Source: Alphaproteobacteria bacterium
GTDB taxonomy: Bacteria; Pseudomonadota; Alphaproteobacteria; MPNO01
Length of the DNA stretch: 64,000 bases
Reading direction: 5' to 3'
Assembly (NCBI GenBank): GCA_964291675.2
Contig: OZ219865.1
Location: 416,001-480,000, forward strand
Shown here: piece by piece, positions 1 to 10,248 of the stretch
Numbering within the stretch: the first letter of the stretch is position 1
Layout of the letters: each line of letters begins with the position of its first letter
The notes under the pieces: generated by a model
The model's input: the letters and a program-made list of their open reading frames with translations, nothing else
Database searches by the model: none
What the model was told of the DNA's origin: nothing
Program-made: the position numbers and the translations under genes

Positions 1-1
1 T

Positions 2-313
2 CAGCGCGACCGAAGCGGTGAAGGCGGGGAAGCGGTCGGGGTAGCGGTCGCAGAGTTCTGCCATGCCGTCATTGGCGATGCGCGCGAGCTCGGCGCTTTC
101 CGCCGGGGTGCCGAGCGCCTCGAGCGGCGGGTTGGCGAGCGACAGCACCTGACAGTAGTCCGCGAAGCCGTCCATCATGCGCAGCCGCGCCTCGACATCG
201 GTCAGCGTCGGCAGCAGCGGATAGCGGCCCAGCATCCGCTTGTCCGGGATGACCGCCTTCAGCCTCTCGAAATAGGCGGCGGGCAGGATGTGGTTGAAGA
301 CGTCGAGTTTCAT
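2..313 (-). CDS. Amidohydrolase_2 family metal-dependent hydrolase/decarboxylase (N-terminal part, runs off window)
   Basis: Not in the ORF track. Manual reverse translation from ATG at 313 gives MKLDVFNHILPAAYFERLK...RLRMMDGFADYCQVLSLANPP...ARIANDGMAELCDRYPDRF. The DxxxH start, QVLS and ND...YPDRF motifs match ACMSD/LigJ-like amidohydrolases. Confidence 0.8.
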   Translation of the reverse strand, partial: MKLDVFNHILPAAYFERLKAVIPDKRMLGRYPLLPTLTDVEARLRMMDGFADYCQVLSLANPPLEALGTPAESAELARIANDGMAELCDRYPDRFPAFTASVAL

Positions 314-404
314 CGCTTGTCGTCCGGCACGCTTTTCCCATCGGCGCCCGCATTGTAGCGTTGCGCCGCGACCGCCGCTGCCCGAACGACCGGGAGGCTC
401 CGCC

Positions 405-983
405 ATGGCCGGCTACACCGTCCCCGCCTTCGCGCGCTTCATCGACGATTTGCGCGCCCATTTCGCTAACGACCTGCCGGAACGGGAGCGCTGGCGCGGC
501 GTGAGGGACCTGCTCGGAATTCTCGTCGCCGACCCGCAGATGCGCGCGGCCTCGCGCGGCTGGACCGCGAAGAAGGGGCGCGAATACGTGCTCCACCACG
601 ACCCGGATCACGGCTTTTTCGTCGGCGCGCTGGTGCGCGAGCCCGGCCACCGCGCCTTCATCCACGACCACGCCCACACATGGACGGTCTATGGCGTGCT
701 CGACGGGGCCGAGATCACCCATGTCTACCAGCGCACCGACGACGGCGGCACGCCCGGCAAGGCGACGCTGGAGCTGATCGACAGGCACGATGCGCCGACC
801 GGCCATGTCGACCTGATCGGCCCCTGGGTGCCGCATTCCGAATGGGGCGCGTCCGACCGCTCGGTGGCGATCACGGTGCGCAGCGACCGCCCCGGCGGCT
901 ACAGCCAGAACCGCTTCTTCCCCGGGACCGGCAGCACCGACAACACCCATCGCGGGCTGGTGCTGGTGCCGCTCGCGGTCTGA
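405..983 (+). CDS. Cysteine-dioxygenase-like cupin (double-stranded beta-helix) protein
   Basis: GGGAGG RBS at 392-397 before ATG 405. Motif HDHAHTWTVYGVLDGAE plus a distal PH gives a 3-His cupin site. Confidence 0.7.
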   Translation: MAGYTVPAFARFIDDLRAHFANDLPERERWRGVRDLLGILVADPQMRAASRGWTAKKGREYVLHHDPDHGFFVGALVREPGHRAFIHDHAHTWTVYGVLDGAEITHVYQRTDDGGTPGKATLELIDRHDAPTGHVDLIGPWVPHSEWGASDRSVAITVRSDRPGGYSQNRFFPGTGSTDNTHRGLVLVPLAV

Positions 984-990
984 GCGGCGC

Positions 991-3390
991 TCAGGCGGCG
1001 CGGCGCCGGCGCCACTGGCTCAGCAGCACCAGGGCGAGCACCGCCAGGCCGAACGGGTAGACGATCTCCTTGGGCGGGCGGTCGACCTGCTCGACGTCGA
1101 TATCGGTGATCCGGTCGCCGAAGGTGAGCCCCGCCTTCTCGGCCGGGCCGTTGAAGGCGGTGTCGCTCACCTCGTAGCCGCCGCCCTCGGCCGGGCCGAG
1201 CTCGATCCCGACGCGCTGCGCCAGCGACTGCCGGCCCTCCGGCGGCGGCGGGACGATGGTGAACAGCTTGTAGCGGTCGCCGTAATCGGTCGACCGCACC
1301 GCGTGCAGGCGGATCTTGCGGTCCTCCGGGATCTGTCCGGGCGATGCCTCGACTTCGGCGAGTCCTATGGACGAGAACTCGGGCTTGACCAGGTTGAGCA
1401 CGAAATCCGGCCGGAACAGCGAGACGATCACCAGCGCCAGCAGAACCCCCTCCCAGAGGCGCACCCTGACCAGCAGCCAGCCCTGGGTCAGCGCGCTGAA
1501 GGCGAGGATCGCGATCAGCGAGACCGCGAACACCAGCGCGCCGTGGCCCACGCTGTCGACGCCGATGAGCAGGAGCTCCGGGTTGAACACGAAGACCAGC
1601 GGCAGGATCGCGGTGCGGATGTCGTAGAGGAAGGACTGCACCCCGGTGCGCAGCGGATCGGCCCCCGATATGGCCGACGCGGCGAAGGCCGCGAGACAGA
1701 CCGGCGGCGTCGAATCCGCCATCAGCCCGAAATAGAACACGAACAGGTGGACGGCGATCAGCGGCAGGACGAGCCCCGACGCGTTGCCCAGCTCGACGAT
1801 GACGCCGGCCATCAGCGAGGCGACGACGATGTAGTTCGCCGTCGTCGGCAGACCCATGCCGAGGATGATGCAGACCACCGCGGTGAGCAGCAGCAGGATG
1901 TAGACGTTGCCGCCCGAGATCGCCTCGACCACGCCGACCATGGCGTTGTTGAGCCCGGTCGAGGAGACCGCGCCGACGATGATTCCGGCGGTCGCGACCG
2001 CGACCGCGATGTTCACCATGTTGCGCGCGCCGGACACCAGCCCGTCATAGATCTCCACGAACCCGTCGGCGACCGCGCGGGCGATGCCACGCTCGCCGCC
2101 GCGCAAGGCGGCCACCGCGTGCTGGATCACGATGATCGCCATCAGCAGCATGATCGACCAGAAGACGGCGCTGCCCGCGGTCCAGCGCTCGACCATCAGC
2201 AAATAGATCAGCACGACGATCGGGATCAGGAAATGAACGCCGCGCACGAAGGTGCGGCGCAGATGCGGAATATCCGCCCGCGGCAGCCCGGACAGGCCGA
2301 GCTTGAGCGCCTCGAGGTGCGAGATGTAGAGCAGCGCCATGTAGCTGATCGCCGCGGGTATGGCGGCGGCGACGATGACGTCGAAATAGCTGATGCCGAT
2401 GAACTCGGCGATGATGAACGCCGCCGCCCCCATGATCGGCGGCATGATCTGGCCGTTGGTCGAGGCGGCGACCTCGATCGCGCCCGCCTTGGTGGCGGGC
2501 ATGCCGATGCGGCGCATGACCGGGATGGTGAAGGTGCCGGTGGTCACGACATTGGCGATCGACGAGCCGGAGATCATGCCGGTCATGCCCGAGGCCAGGA
2601 TCGCCGCCTTGGCCGGACCGCCGCGATAGCGCCCGACCATGGCAAACGACAGGTCGAGGAAGTACTGGCCGGCGCCCGCCTTGTCCAAGAGCGCGCCGAA
2701 CAGCACGAACAGGAAGACGAAGCTGACCGATACGTCGATCGGGATGCCGAAGATCGCCTCGCCGCCGAGCCACTGATAGCCGATCAGACGCTCCAGCGAG
2801 ACCCCCTTGTGGGAGACGATCTCGGGCATCGACTGGCCGAAGATCGAATAGAGCAGGAACACCCCGGCGACGATCACCAGCGGGATGCCGATGCTGCGCC
2901 GCGTCGCCTCCAGCAGGAGCAGGATCCCGATGCCGCCGACGATCGCCTCGACCGGGAGGGCGAACTCCCGGCCGAACAGCGAGACGTCGTAGCTCAGCAG
3001 GATTCCCTGGCGCGCGACCAGGCCGTCATAGCCGAGAAACAGGTAGAGCGCCGCGCCGCAGCCGAGCAGCGCGAGCGCGACATCGTAGAGCGGCAGGCCG
3101 CGGTCGCGCCCGAGCCGCTTGGAGAGCGGAAACAGGAGGAAGCAGAGGACCAGCCCGAAGGCGAGATGGACGCCCCGCGCCGGCACGTCGACGATGATGC
3201 CGAAGCCGAGCGCGAACGGCAGCGGCGAGGCGATCCAGAGCTGGAAGAGCGACCACAGCGCGGCGATGCCGCCGACCAGGGCGGCGAGCCATGGCGCCAT
3301 CCCGCGGCCGCCGTCCTCCAGCTCTTCGAGCGTTTCCCGGACCCGCGCCGCCGATGGCTCCGCCTGGTCGCCGTAGTCGCGCTCCGCCAT
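991..3390 (-). CDS. TAXI-TRAP transporter fused 4TM/12TM permease with C-terminal DUF3394-like domain
   Basis: Motifs GGPAKAA, GSSIANVVTTGTFTIP, GQIMPPIMGAAAF, LGMGLPTTANY and TPPVCLAAFAA; adjacent to a TAXI binding protein. Confidence 0.93.
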   Translation of the reverse strand: MAERDYGDQAEPSAARVRETLEELEDGGRGMAPWLAALVGGIAALWSLFQLWIASPLPFALGFGIIVDVPARGVHLAFGLVLCFLLFPLSKRLGRDRGLPLYDVALALLGCGAALYLFLGYDGLVARQGILLSYDVSLFGREFALPVEAIVGGIGILLLLEATRRSIGIPLVIVAGVFLLYSIFGQSMPEIVSHKGVSLERLIGYQWLGGEAIFGIPIDVSVSFVFLFVLFGALLDKAGAGQYFLDLSFAMVGRYRGGPAKAAILASGMTGMISGSSIANVVTTGTFTIPVMRRIGMPATKAGAIEVAASTNGQIMPPIMGAAAFIIAEFIGISYFDVIVAAAIPAAISYMALLYISHLEALKLGLSGLPRADIPHLRRTFVRGVHFLIPIVVLIYLLMVERWTAGSAVFWSIMLLMAIIVIQHAVAALRGGERGIARAVADGFVEIYDGLVSGARNMVNIAVAVATAGIIVGAVSSTGLNNAMVGVVEAISGGNVYILLLLTAVVCIILGMGLPTTANYIVVASLMAGVIVELGNASGLVLPLIAVHLFVFYFGLMADSTPPVCLAAFAASAISGADPLRTGVQSFLYDIRTAILPLVFVFNPELLLIGVDSVGHGALVFAVSLIAILAFSALTQGWLLVRVRLWEGVLLALVIVSLFRPDFVLNLVKPEFSSIGLAEVEASPGQIPEDRKIRLHAVRSTDYGDRYKLFTIVPPPPEGRQSLAQRVGIELGPAEGGGYEVSDTAFNGPAEKAGLTFGDRITDIDVEQVDRPPKEIVYPFGLAVLALVLLSQWRRRRAA

Positions 3391-3408
3391 CCGTCACCCG
3401 GACGAATA

Positions 3409-3449
3409 GGGGCGGGTCCCGCGCGGCATCGCCGGCGGGTACCCGCCCC
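3409..3449. other. Intercistronic stem-loop between TAXI binding protein and permease genes
   Basis: GGGGCGGGT (3409-3417) pairs with ACCCGCCCC (3441-3449), with inner CCCGC/GCGGG pairing. The position is typical of hairpins that stabilise binding-protein mRNA. Confidence 0.55.
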
Positions 3450-3482
3450 GGTCGGAGTAGAACCAGATGCGCCGGCGGCCGG

Positions 3483-4481
3483 CTACATCAAGCCCTTCTC
3501 CTTGTAGTACTTGGCCGCTCCGTTGTGCAGCGGCGCCGACAGCCCGTCCTTCATCATCCGCTTCGGGTCGAGGTTGCGGAACGCCGGATGCAGCTTGCGG
3601 AAATCCGCGATGTTCTCCAGCGCCGCCCGGGTCACCTCATAGACCACCTGGTCGGACACGTCGGCGCTGGTGACGAACGTCGCCATCACGCCGAAGGTCG
3701 TAACGTCGGCGGCGGTGCTCTTGTAGGTCCCCTTCGGGATGGTCGCGAACGCATAGAACGGGTTCCCGGAGACCAGCTTCTTCTCGACCATGCCGGCCAG
3801 GTTGATGATGCGCGCGCCGCACCCGTCGGTGGCGACCGCGACCCCGGCATTGGGCACGCCGACGGTGTAGCCGTAGCCGTCGATCTTGCCGTCGCACAGC
3901 GCCTTGGACTGCTCGGTCGAGGTCAGCTCGGAGGCCAGCTTGAAGTCGCCGACCTTGGTTCCATAGGCCTTCATCAGCACTTCGGTGGTGCCGCGCTGGC
4001 CGGAGCCGGGATTGCCGATATTGAACCTCTTGCCCTTCAAATCGGCCCAGGAATTGATGCCCGAATCCTTGCCCACGATGATGTGGTAGGGCTCCGGATG
4101 GACCGAGAACACCGCGCGCAGCTTCTTGAAGTGGGTCACCTTGTCGGACGACCCGTTATAGGAATGGTATTGCCAGTCGGACTGGGCGACGCCGAAATCG
4201 AGCTCGCCGGCGGCGATCTGCCCGATATTGTAGGTCGACCCGCCGGTCGAGGGCGCCGAGCAGCGGATGCCGTGCTTGCGGCCCTTCTTGCGGCCTTCCG
4301 CGGCCTCCTTGTGGACCAGACGGCAGATCGTGTTGCCGACGACGAAATAGACGCCGGTGGGACCGCCGGTACCGATGGAGATGAATGTCCGCTTGCTGGC
4401 CGCCTCGGCCGTACCCGCCGCGCTCAGCGCAAGCCCGGCGGCGGCCGCGACGGCGGCGAGCGCTCCGATTCTCTTAACCAT
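3483..4481 (-). CDS. TAXI family TRAP transporter periplasmic solute-binding protein
   Basis: Signal peptide; IGTGGPTGVYF, STGGSTYN, GNPGSGQR and PLHNGAAKYYKE motifs. Confidence 0.93.
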   Translation of the reverse strand: MVKRIGALAAVAAAAGLALSAAGTAEAASKRTFISIGTGGPTGVYFVVGNTICRLVHKEAAEGRKKGRKHGIRCSAPSTGGSTYNIGQIAAGELDFGVAQSDWQYHSYNGSSDKVTHFKKLRAVFSVHPEPYHIIVGKDSGINSWADLKGKRFNIGNPGSGQRGTTEVLMKAYGTKVGDFKLASELTSTEQSKALCDGKIDGYGYTVGVPNAGVAVATDGCGARIINLAGMVEKKLVSGNPFYAFATIPKGTYKSTAADVTTFGVMATFVTSADVSDQVVYEVTRAALENIADFRKLHPAFRNLDPKRMMKDGLSAPLHNGAAKYYKEKGLM

Positions 4482-4569
4482 GATGTGTTCTCCCTAGCTG
4501 TCGGGTTCCGGCGCTCCGCGCCGACGACTTGAGCGACGCGATCTTCCCGCATGGAAGTGCCGGGACTTC

Positions 4570-4598
4570 AGGCTAGTGAGGGGCCGGGGGGGCGTCAA
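4570..4598 (-). promoter_or_regulatory. Putative sigma70 promoter of the TAXI-TRAP operon
   Basis: Minus strand TTGACG-17 nt-TAGCCT, about 90 nt upstream of the binding-protein start. Confidence 0.55.
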
Positions 4599-4663
4599 GC
4601 GCGATACGCCCCGCGGGCGCCGGTTTGTCCGGCCCCTCCAAGGGACACCAATGCGCGGAAGCC

Positions 4664-4870
4664 CTACGGCAGGCGAATCAGCAAGCCGAGGACGATCACC
4701 GCAAGGGAGAACATGCCGGCAACCGCCAGCAACAGGCGGGTTTCGCGCTTCGCCATGTCCTCGGCGAGGCGCGCGATGTCGGTCCGGTACTCGGCCTGCC
4801 GCGTTTCGGTCCTCGCTTCTACCGCCGCCACTTCGCCCTCCAGCCGCGCCAGCCGTTCGGAAAGCGCCAT
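4664..4870 (-). CDS. Small (68 aa) coiled-coil protein with C-terminal transmembrane anchor (DUF1640/CCDC90-like architecture)
   Basis: [45 protein letters not shown] shows a heptad pattern, followed by hydrophobic [20 protein letters not shown]. It fills an otherwise empty intergenic space. Confidence 0.7.
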   Translation of the reverse strand: MALSERLARLEGEVAAVEARTETRQAEYRTDIARLAEDMAKRETRLLLAVAGMFSLAVIVLGLLIRLP

Positions 4871-4949
4871 GTCCCGAAGGTAGCAGCGGCCTGCTCTTTC
4901 TTCAAGTTTCGGCCCGCGCGACGGGTTGGGGAGCGGGGCCCGCATTTGT

Positions 4950-4978
4950 TTGAATTTCCGGTGCCATGTGCCTATAAG
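4950..4978 (+). promoter_or_regulatory. Putative sigma70 promoter of the nuo operon
   Basis: TTGAAT-17 nt-TATAAG in an AT-rich patch 60 nt upstream of nuoA. Confidence 0.65.
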
Positions 4979-5038
4979 TCCTGCATCGAATTGCCTGCCG
5001 CCGGGGCGGTTCCGCGGACAACCCCGGGGAGGGGAGAG

Positions 5039-5410
5039 ATGGCGCTGGACTCGATGCTGCTCGAGTATCTGCCGATCCTGATTTTCCTCGGCATCGCCGT
5101 GGCGATGGCCGTGGCGGCGGTGGCCGCCTCCTACATCATCGCCCGGCAGCGGCCCGACAGCGAGAAGGTCTCGGCCTACGAATGCGGTTTCGAGGCGTTC
5201 GACGACGCGCGCAGCCAGTTCGACGTGCGCTTCTACCTCGTCGCCATCCTGTTCATCATCTTCGATCTCGAAATCGCGTTCCTGTTCCCCTGGGCGATCT
5301 CGCTCGGGGCGATCGGCATGCTGGGCTTCTGGTCGATGGTGGTCTTCCTCGCGGTGCTGACCATCGGCTTCGTGTACGAATGGAAGAAGGGCGCACTCGA
5401 ATGGGAGTGA
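5039..5410 (+). CDS. nuoA: NADH-quinone oxidoreductase subunit A
   Basis: [24 protein letters not shown] and [11 protein letters not shown]; GGAGG RBS. Confidence 0.97.
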   Translation: MALDSMLLEYLPILIFLGIAVAMAVAAVAASYIIARQRPDSEKVSAYECGFEAFDDARSQFDVRFYLVAILFIIFDLEIAFLFPWAISLGAIGMLGFWSMVVFLAVLTIGFVYEWKKGALEWE

Positions 5411-5922
5411 GCGTCAACCCCGCCGACACCGGCGCGGCGATGCGGGCGATCGGTGCCGAGCTGTCCGACAAGGGGTTCATCGTCACCCAGGTCGACAAGC
5501 TGATGAGCTGGGCGCAGAGCGGGTCGCTGTGGCCGATGACCTTCGGGCTGGCCTGCTGCGCGGTGGAGATGATGCACTCGGCGGCGAGCCGCTACGATCT
5601 CGACCGCTTCGGGGTGATCTTCCGCCCCAGCCCGCGCCAGTCCGACGTGATGATCGTCGCCGGAACGCTGACCAACAAGATGGCCCCGGCGCTGCGCAAG
5701 GTCTACGACCAGATGGCCGAGCCGCGCTGGGTGATCTCGATGGGGAGCTGCGCCAATGGCGGCGGCTACTACCACTACTCCTACTCCGTGGTACGAGGCT
5801 GCGACCGGATCGTCCCGGTCGACATCTACGTTCCCGGCTGCCCGCCGACGGCGGAGGCGCTGCTCTATGGGATTCTCCAGCTTCAGAAGAAGATCAAGCG
5901 GACGAGCAGCTTCGCCCGTTGA
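5401..5922 (+). CDS. nuoB: NADH-quinone oxidoreductase subunit B
   Basis: [21 protein letters not shown] and [10 protein letters not shown] (N2 cluster ligands). Confidence 0.97.
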   Translation: MGVSVNPADTGAAMRAIGAELSDKGFIVTQVDKLMSWAQSGSLWPMTFGLACCAVEMMHSAASRYDLDRFGVIFRPSPRQSDVMIVAGTLTNKMAPALRKVYDQMAEPRWVISMGSCANGGGYYHYSYSVVRGCDRIVPVDIYVPGCPPTAEALLYGILQLQKKIKRTSSFAR

Positions 5923-5960
5923 CCGGTGACATCGACCCAGCGGACCGCGCAAGGCACAGG

Positions 5961-6578
5961 ATGAACCAGGCGCTCATCGAACTCGGCGAGTATGTCGGCG
6001 CGGCGCTGCCGGTCGACGGCGCCGAAATCTCGGCGGCCGGGGACGAGCTCGTGCTCGCCGTGCCGGCCGCCGAGCTCGAGCGCGCGCTGACCTGGCTGCG
6101 CGACGACCCGCAATGCCTGTTCGAGATGCTGGTCGACATATGCGGCGTCGACTACCCGGAACGCGCGCGGCGCTTCGAGGTGGTCTACAACCTGCTCAGC
6201 CTGCGCCACAACCAGCGCATCCGGGTCAAGCTGTCGGCCGATGCCGAGACCCCGGTGCCGTCGGCGGTCGGCGTCTACTCCGCCGCCGGCTGGTACGAGC
6301 GCGAGGCCTGGGACCTCTACGGCATCTTCTTCACCGGCAACCCGGATCTGCGCCGGATCATGACCGATTACGGGTTCGAGGGGCATCCGCTCAGGAAGGA
6401 CTTTCCGCTGACCGGCTTCGTCGAGCTGCGCTACGACGACGAGCAGAAGCGCTGCGCCTACGAGCCGGTGCAGCTCACCCAGGATTTTCGCGACTTCGAC
6501 TTCATGAGCCCGTGGGAGGGTGCCCGATACGTCCTGCCGGGCGACGAGAAGGCCGCCGAGGGCGGCGACGGGGACTGA
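5961..6578 (+). CDS. nuoC: NADH-quinone oxidoreductase subunit C
   Basis: [12 protein letters not shown] and [15 protein letters not shown]. Confidence 0.97.
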   Translation: MNQALIELGEYVGAALPVDGAEISAAGDELVLAVPAAELERALTWLRDDPQCLFEMLVDICGVDYPERARRFEVVYNLLSLRHNQRIRVKLSADAETPVPSAVGVYSAAGWYEREAWDLYGIFFTGNPDLRRIMTDYGFEGHPLRKDFPLTGFVELRYDDEQKRCAYEPVQLTQDFRDFDFMSPWEGARYVLPGDEKAAEGGDGD

Positions 6579-6579
6579 C

Positions 6580-7758
6580 TTGGCCGAGACCGAGATCAAG
6601 AACCTGACGATGAATTTCGGCCCGCAGCACCCTGCCGCGCACGGCGTGCTCAGGCTGGTGGTCGAGATGGACGGCGAGGTGATCGAGCGCGCCGACCCGC
6701 ATATCGGCCTCTTGCACCGCGGCACCGAGAAGCTGATCGAGCACAAGACCTATGTCCAGGCGGTGCCCTATTTCGACCGGCTGGACTACGTCTCGCCGAT
6801 GTGCCAGGAGCACGCCTTCGCGCTGGCGACGGAAAGGCTGCTGGGCATCGCGGTGCCCGAGCGCGGGCAATACATCCGGGTGCTGTTCAGCGAGATCACC
6901 CGCCTGCTCAACCACATCATGAATGTCTGCGCCTTCGCGCTCGACGTGGGCGCGATGACGCCGTTCCTCTGGGGCTTCGAGGAACGCGAGAAAATGATGG
7001 GGTTCTACGACAAGGTCTCCGGCGCCCGGCTGCACGCCGCCTATTTCCGGCCGGGCGGGGTGCACCGCGACATGCCGGCCGGGCTGGCCGACGAGATCGC
7101 CGCGTTCTGCGGGACCTTCCCGAAATTCATCGACGATACCGAGTCGCTGCTCACCGAGAACCGCATCTTCAAGCAGCGCACCGTCGACATCGGCACGGTC
7201 TCCCGCGAGGACGCGCTCGACTGGGGGCTCACGGGCCCCATGCTCAGGGGCTCGGGCGTGCCCTGGGATCTGCGCAAGGCCCAGCCCTACGACGTCTACG
7301 GGCGGATGGATTTCGACATTCCGGTAGGCCGGAACGGCGACTGCTACGACCGCTACCTCGTGCGGATCGAGGAGATGCGCCAGTCGCTGCGCATCGTCGA
7401 GCAGTGCCTCGGCGCGCTGCCCGACGGTCCGGTCAAGACCGAGGACGGCAAGGTATCGCCGCCCTCCCGGGCCGAGATGAAGGGCTCGATGGAGGCGCTG
7501 ATCCACCACTTCAAGCTCTATACCGAGGGCTACAAGGTGCCGGCGGGCGAGACCTATACGGCGGTCGAGGCGCCGAAGGGCGAGTTCGGCGTCTATCTCG
7601 TCTCCGACGGCAGCAACAAGCCCTATCGCTGCAAGATTCGCGCGCCCGGCTTCGCCTTCCTCCAGGCGACCGAGTTCATGTCCAAGGGCCACATGCTGGC
7701 CGATCTGGTGGCCATCGTGGGCTCGATGGACATCGTGTTCGGGGAGATCGACCGGTGA
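6580..7758 (+). CDS. nuoD: NADH-quinone oxidoreductase subunit D (TTG start inferred)
   Basis: [23 protein letters not shown] and C-terminal DIVFGEIDR. Confidence 0.97.
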   Translation: MAETEIKNLTMNFGPQHPAAHGVLRLVVEMDGEVIERADPHIGLLHRGTEKLIEHKTYVQAVPYFDRLDYVSPMCQEHAFALATERLLGIAVPERGQYIRVLFSEITRLLNHIMNVCAFALDVGAMTPFLWGFEEREKMMGFYDKVSGARLHAAYFRPGGVHRDMPAGLADEIAAFCGTFPKFIDDTESLLTENRIFKQRTVDIGTVSREDALDWGLTGPMLRGSGVPWDLRKAQPYDVYGRMDFDIPVGRNGDCYDRYLVRIEEMRQSLRIVEQCLGALPDGPVKTEDGKVSPPSRAEMKGSMEALIHHFKLYTEGYKVPAGETYTAVEAPKGEFGVYLVSDGSNKPYRCKIRAPGFAFLQATEFMSKGHMLADLVAIVGSMDIVFGEIDR

Positions 7759-8357
7759 GCGGGGGTTTCGCGCTGACGCCCGAGAACCGGGCCAAGGCCG
7801 AGGCCTTCGTCGCGCGCTACCCCGAAGGGCGGCAGGCCTCGGCGGTGCTCGCCGTGCTTGACATCGCGCAGCGCCAGAACGGCGGCTGGCTGTCGCCGTC
7901 GGCGGTCGAGCACGTCGCCCGGATGCTCGACATGGCGGAGATCCGGATCTACGAGATCGTATCGTTCTACGAGATGCTGCACGCCGAACCGGTGGGCGAG
8001 CACATGGTCAGGGTCTGCACCACCACCCCCTGCATGCTGCGCGGCAGCACCGACATTCTGGAGGCCTGCAAGGGCGAGCTCGGCGTCGAGATCGGCGGCA
8101 CCACCGCGGACGGCAAGTTCACCCTGACCGAGTTCGAGTGCCTCGGCGCCTGCGTCAACGCGCCGATCGTCTGGATCGACGACGACTACTACGAGGATCT
8201 CGACCCGGAGAGGGTTGTGGCGATCCTCAAGGCGTTGCGCGCCGGAGAACCGCCCGAGCCGGGCTCGCAGATCGGCCGCCGGGGATCGGCGCCGCTCGGC
8301 GAATGGACCTCGCAGACCGGGTTCGCGCCCGCCGGCGGGGCGGGGGAGGGCGGCTGA
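7755..8357 (+). CDS. nuoE: NADH-quinone oxidoreductase subunit E (GTG start)
   Basis: [10 protein letters not shown] and [10 protein letters not shown] 2Fe-2S ligands; GTGA overlap with nuoD. Confidence 0.96.
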   Translation: MSGGFALTPENRAKAEAFVARYPEGRQASAVLAVLDIAQRQNGGWLSPSAVEHVARMLDMAEIRIYEIVSFYEMLHAEPVGEHMVRVCTTTPCMLRGSTDILEACKGELGVEIGGTTADGKFTLTEFECLGACVNAPIVWIDDDYYEDLDPERVVAILKALRAGEPPEPGSQIGRRGSAPLGEWTSQTGFAPAGGAGEGG

Positions 8358-9646
8358 TGGCGCTCGCCGACAAAGACCGCATCTTCACCAACCTCTACGG
8401 CCAGGACGACTGGCGGCTCGCCGGGGCCAGGCGGCGCGGCGACTGGGACGGTACCGGCGCGCTGCTCGCCAAGGGGCGCGACTGGGCGGTCGAGGAGGTC
8501 AAGTCGTCGGGGCTTCGCGGGCGCGGCGGGGCCGGGTTCCCGACCGGGCTCAAATGGTCCTTCATGCCCAGGGAATCGGACGGCCGGCCGTCATATCTCG
8601 TCGTCAACGCGGACGAGAGCGAGCCCGGAACCTGCAAGGATCGCGACATCTTGCGGAACGATCCCCACAAGCTGATCGAAGGGTCGCTGCTGGCCGGCTT
8701 CGCCATGGGGGCGCACACCGCCTTCATCTACGTGCGCGGCGAGTTCTTCCGCGAGGCCGAGCGGCTGGAGACGGCGGTCGGCGAGGCGCGCGAGGCCGGG
8801 CTGATCGGTCCCGACGCCTGCGGCTCGGGCTGGGATTTCGACATCGTCGTCCATCGCGGCGCCGGCGCCTATATCTGCGGCGAGGAGACCGGGCTCCTGG
8901 AAAGCCTCGAGGGCAAGAAGGGGATGCCCCGGATCAAGCCGCCGTTTCCGGCCAATACCGGTCTCTACGGCTGTCCGACGACGATCAACAACGTCGAGAC
9001 GATCGCCGTGGTGCCGGCGATCCTGCGCCGCGGCGCCTCCTGGTTCGCCGGGTTCGGACGGGAGAACAACACCGGCACCAAGGTGTTCTGCATCTCCGGC
9101 CATGTGAACGACCCGTGCAACGTCGAAGAGGAGATGGGGATCCCGCTGCGCGAGCTGATCGAGAAGCACGCCGGCGGGGTGCGCGGCGGCTGGGACAACC
9201 TCAAGGCGGTGATCCCGGGCGGCTCGTCGGTACCGCTCATCCCGAGATCGCTGTGCGACACCGCGATCATGGACTTCGACGGGCTGCGCGACCTCAAGTC
9301 GGGGCTCGGCACGGCGGCGGTGATCGTCATGGACGAATCGACCGACGTGGTCGCAGCCATCGCCCGGCTGTCGAAGTTCTACATGCACGAATCCTGCGGC
9401 CAGTGCACGCCCTGCCGCGAGGGCACGGGCTGGATGTGGCGGGTGATGGAGCGGCTGGTCCGCGGCGATGCCGAGGTCGAGGAGATCGACATGCTGCTCG
9501 CCGTGAGCTACGAGATCGAGGGCCACACGATCTGCGCCCACGGCGACGCCTCGGCCTGGCCGATCCAGGGCCTGATGCGCCACTTCCGCGACGAGGTGGA
9601 GAGCCGCATCGTCGCCCGCAAGTCGGGCCGCGAGGCGGCGGCGTAG
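8357..9646 (+). CDS. nuoF: NADH-quinone oxidoreductase subunit F
   Basis: [28 protein letters not shown] and [13 protein letters not shown]. Confidence 0.97.
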   Translation: MALADKDRIFTNLYGQDDWRLAGARRRGDWDGTGALLAKGRDWAVEEVKSSGLRGRGGAGFPTGLKWSFMPRESDGRPSYLVVNADESEPGTCKDRDILRNDPHKLIEGSLLAGFAMGAHTAFIYVRGEFFREAERLETAVGEAREAGLIGPDACGSGWDFDIVVHRGAGAYICGEETGLLESLEGKKGMPRIKPPFPANTGLYGCPTTINNVETIAVVPAILRRGASWFAGFGRENNTGTKVFCISGHVNDPCNVEEEMGIPLRELIEKHAGGVRGGWDNLKAVIPGGSSVPLIPRSLCDTAIMDFDGLRDLKSGLGTAAVIVMDESTDVVAAIARLSKFYMHESCGQCTPCREGTGWMWRVMERLVRGDAEVEEIDMLLAVSYEIEGHTICAHGDASAWPIQGLMRHFRDEVESRIVARKSGREAAA

Positions 9647-9651
9647 ACGGG

Positions 9652-10248
9652 ATGTCCGAGCTCCGGATCGAGTATCTGGTCCTGTTCGCGGGGTTCGTGC
9701 TGCCCGGCGCGATATCGATGTATGTGTATGCGTTGAATGTTCCTCAAAGAGAAGAAAACCTGAAGAATAAGATAATCGAATGTATTTGCTTCAGCATTTT
9801 GAATTTTATTGTTATGATAGTTCCGATCCGATACGCGCTGGAACACTGGAACTTGAACGATAACTTTATATGGAGCTATGCTCTCTTAATTTTGTCCTTT
9901 ATTGCGATGCCCATTATTTGGCCATATATTTTGATCCAGTTGCTGGATAAATTCGAGAAGTTTCGTTGGATCGCTCCGCGCCCGAAGACTTCTTGGGATT
10001 TCGTGTTCCAAAAAGAGACCGGCTGTTGGCTGCAGGTCGCGATGAAGGACGGTAGCCGGATCGGCGGGAAGTTCAGCCAGAATTCATACGCAACCGCCTA
10101 TCCGGATCCCGGCCATCTCTATCTTGAAGAGGTCTGGGAAGTGGATGGCGATGGCGGTTTCCTGAGGCAGTACCTGAACGAGCCCGGGATAATCTTGAGG
10201 CCCGAAGACTATAACTATGTCCTCGTCTATGGAGGTGGAGATGGATGA
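9652..10248 (+). CDS. DUF6338-like membrane protein (about 3 TM segments plus beta-rich C-terminal domain), AT-rich, inserted in the nuo operon
   Basis: FVLPG in TM1, further hydrophobic helices, then SWDFVF...WLQVAMKDGSRIGG...YATAYPDPGHLYLEEVW. The family was recognised from memory, not by search. Codon usage is strongly AT-rich relative to the flanks. Confidence 0.75.
   Translation: MSELRIEYLVLFAGFVLPGAISMYVYALNVPQREENLKNKIIECICFSILNFIVMIVPIRYALEHWNLNDNFIWSYALLILSFIAMPIIWPYILIQLLDKFEKFRWIAPRPKTSWDFVFQKETGCWLQVAMKDGSRIGGKFSQNSYATAYPDPGHLYLEEVWEVDGDGGFLRQYLNEPGIILRPEDYNYVLVYGGGDG

Noticed and set aside
8215-10248. 677-aa ORF apparently fusing a long N-terminus to the inserted membrane protein
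   Set aside because: The N-terminal 479 codons are an off-frame reading of nuoE/nuoF. The real start is ATG 9652.
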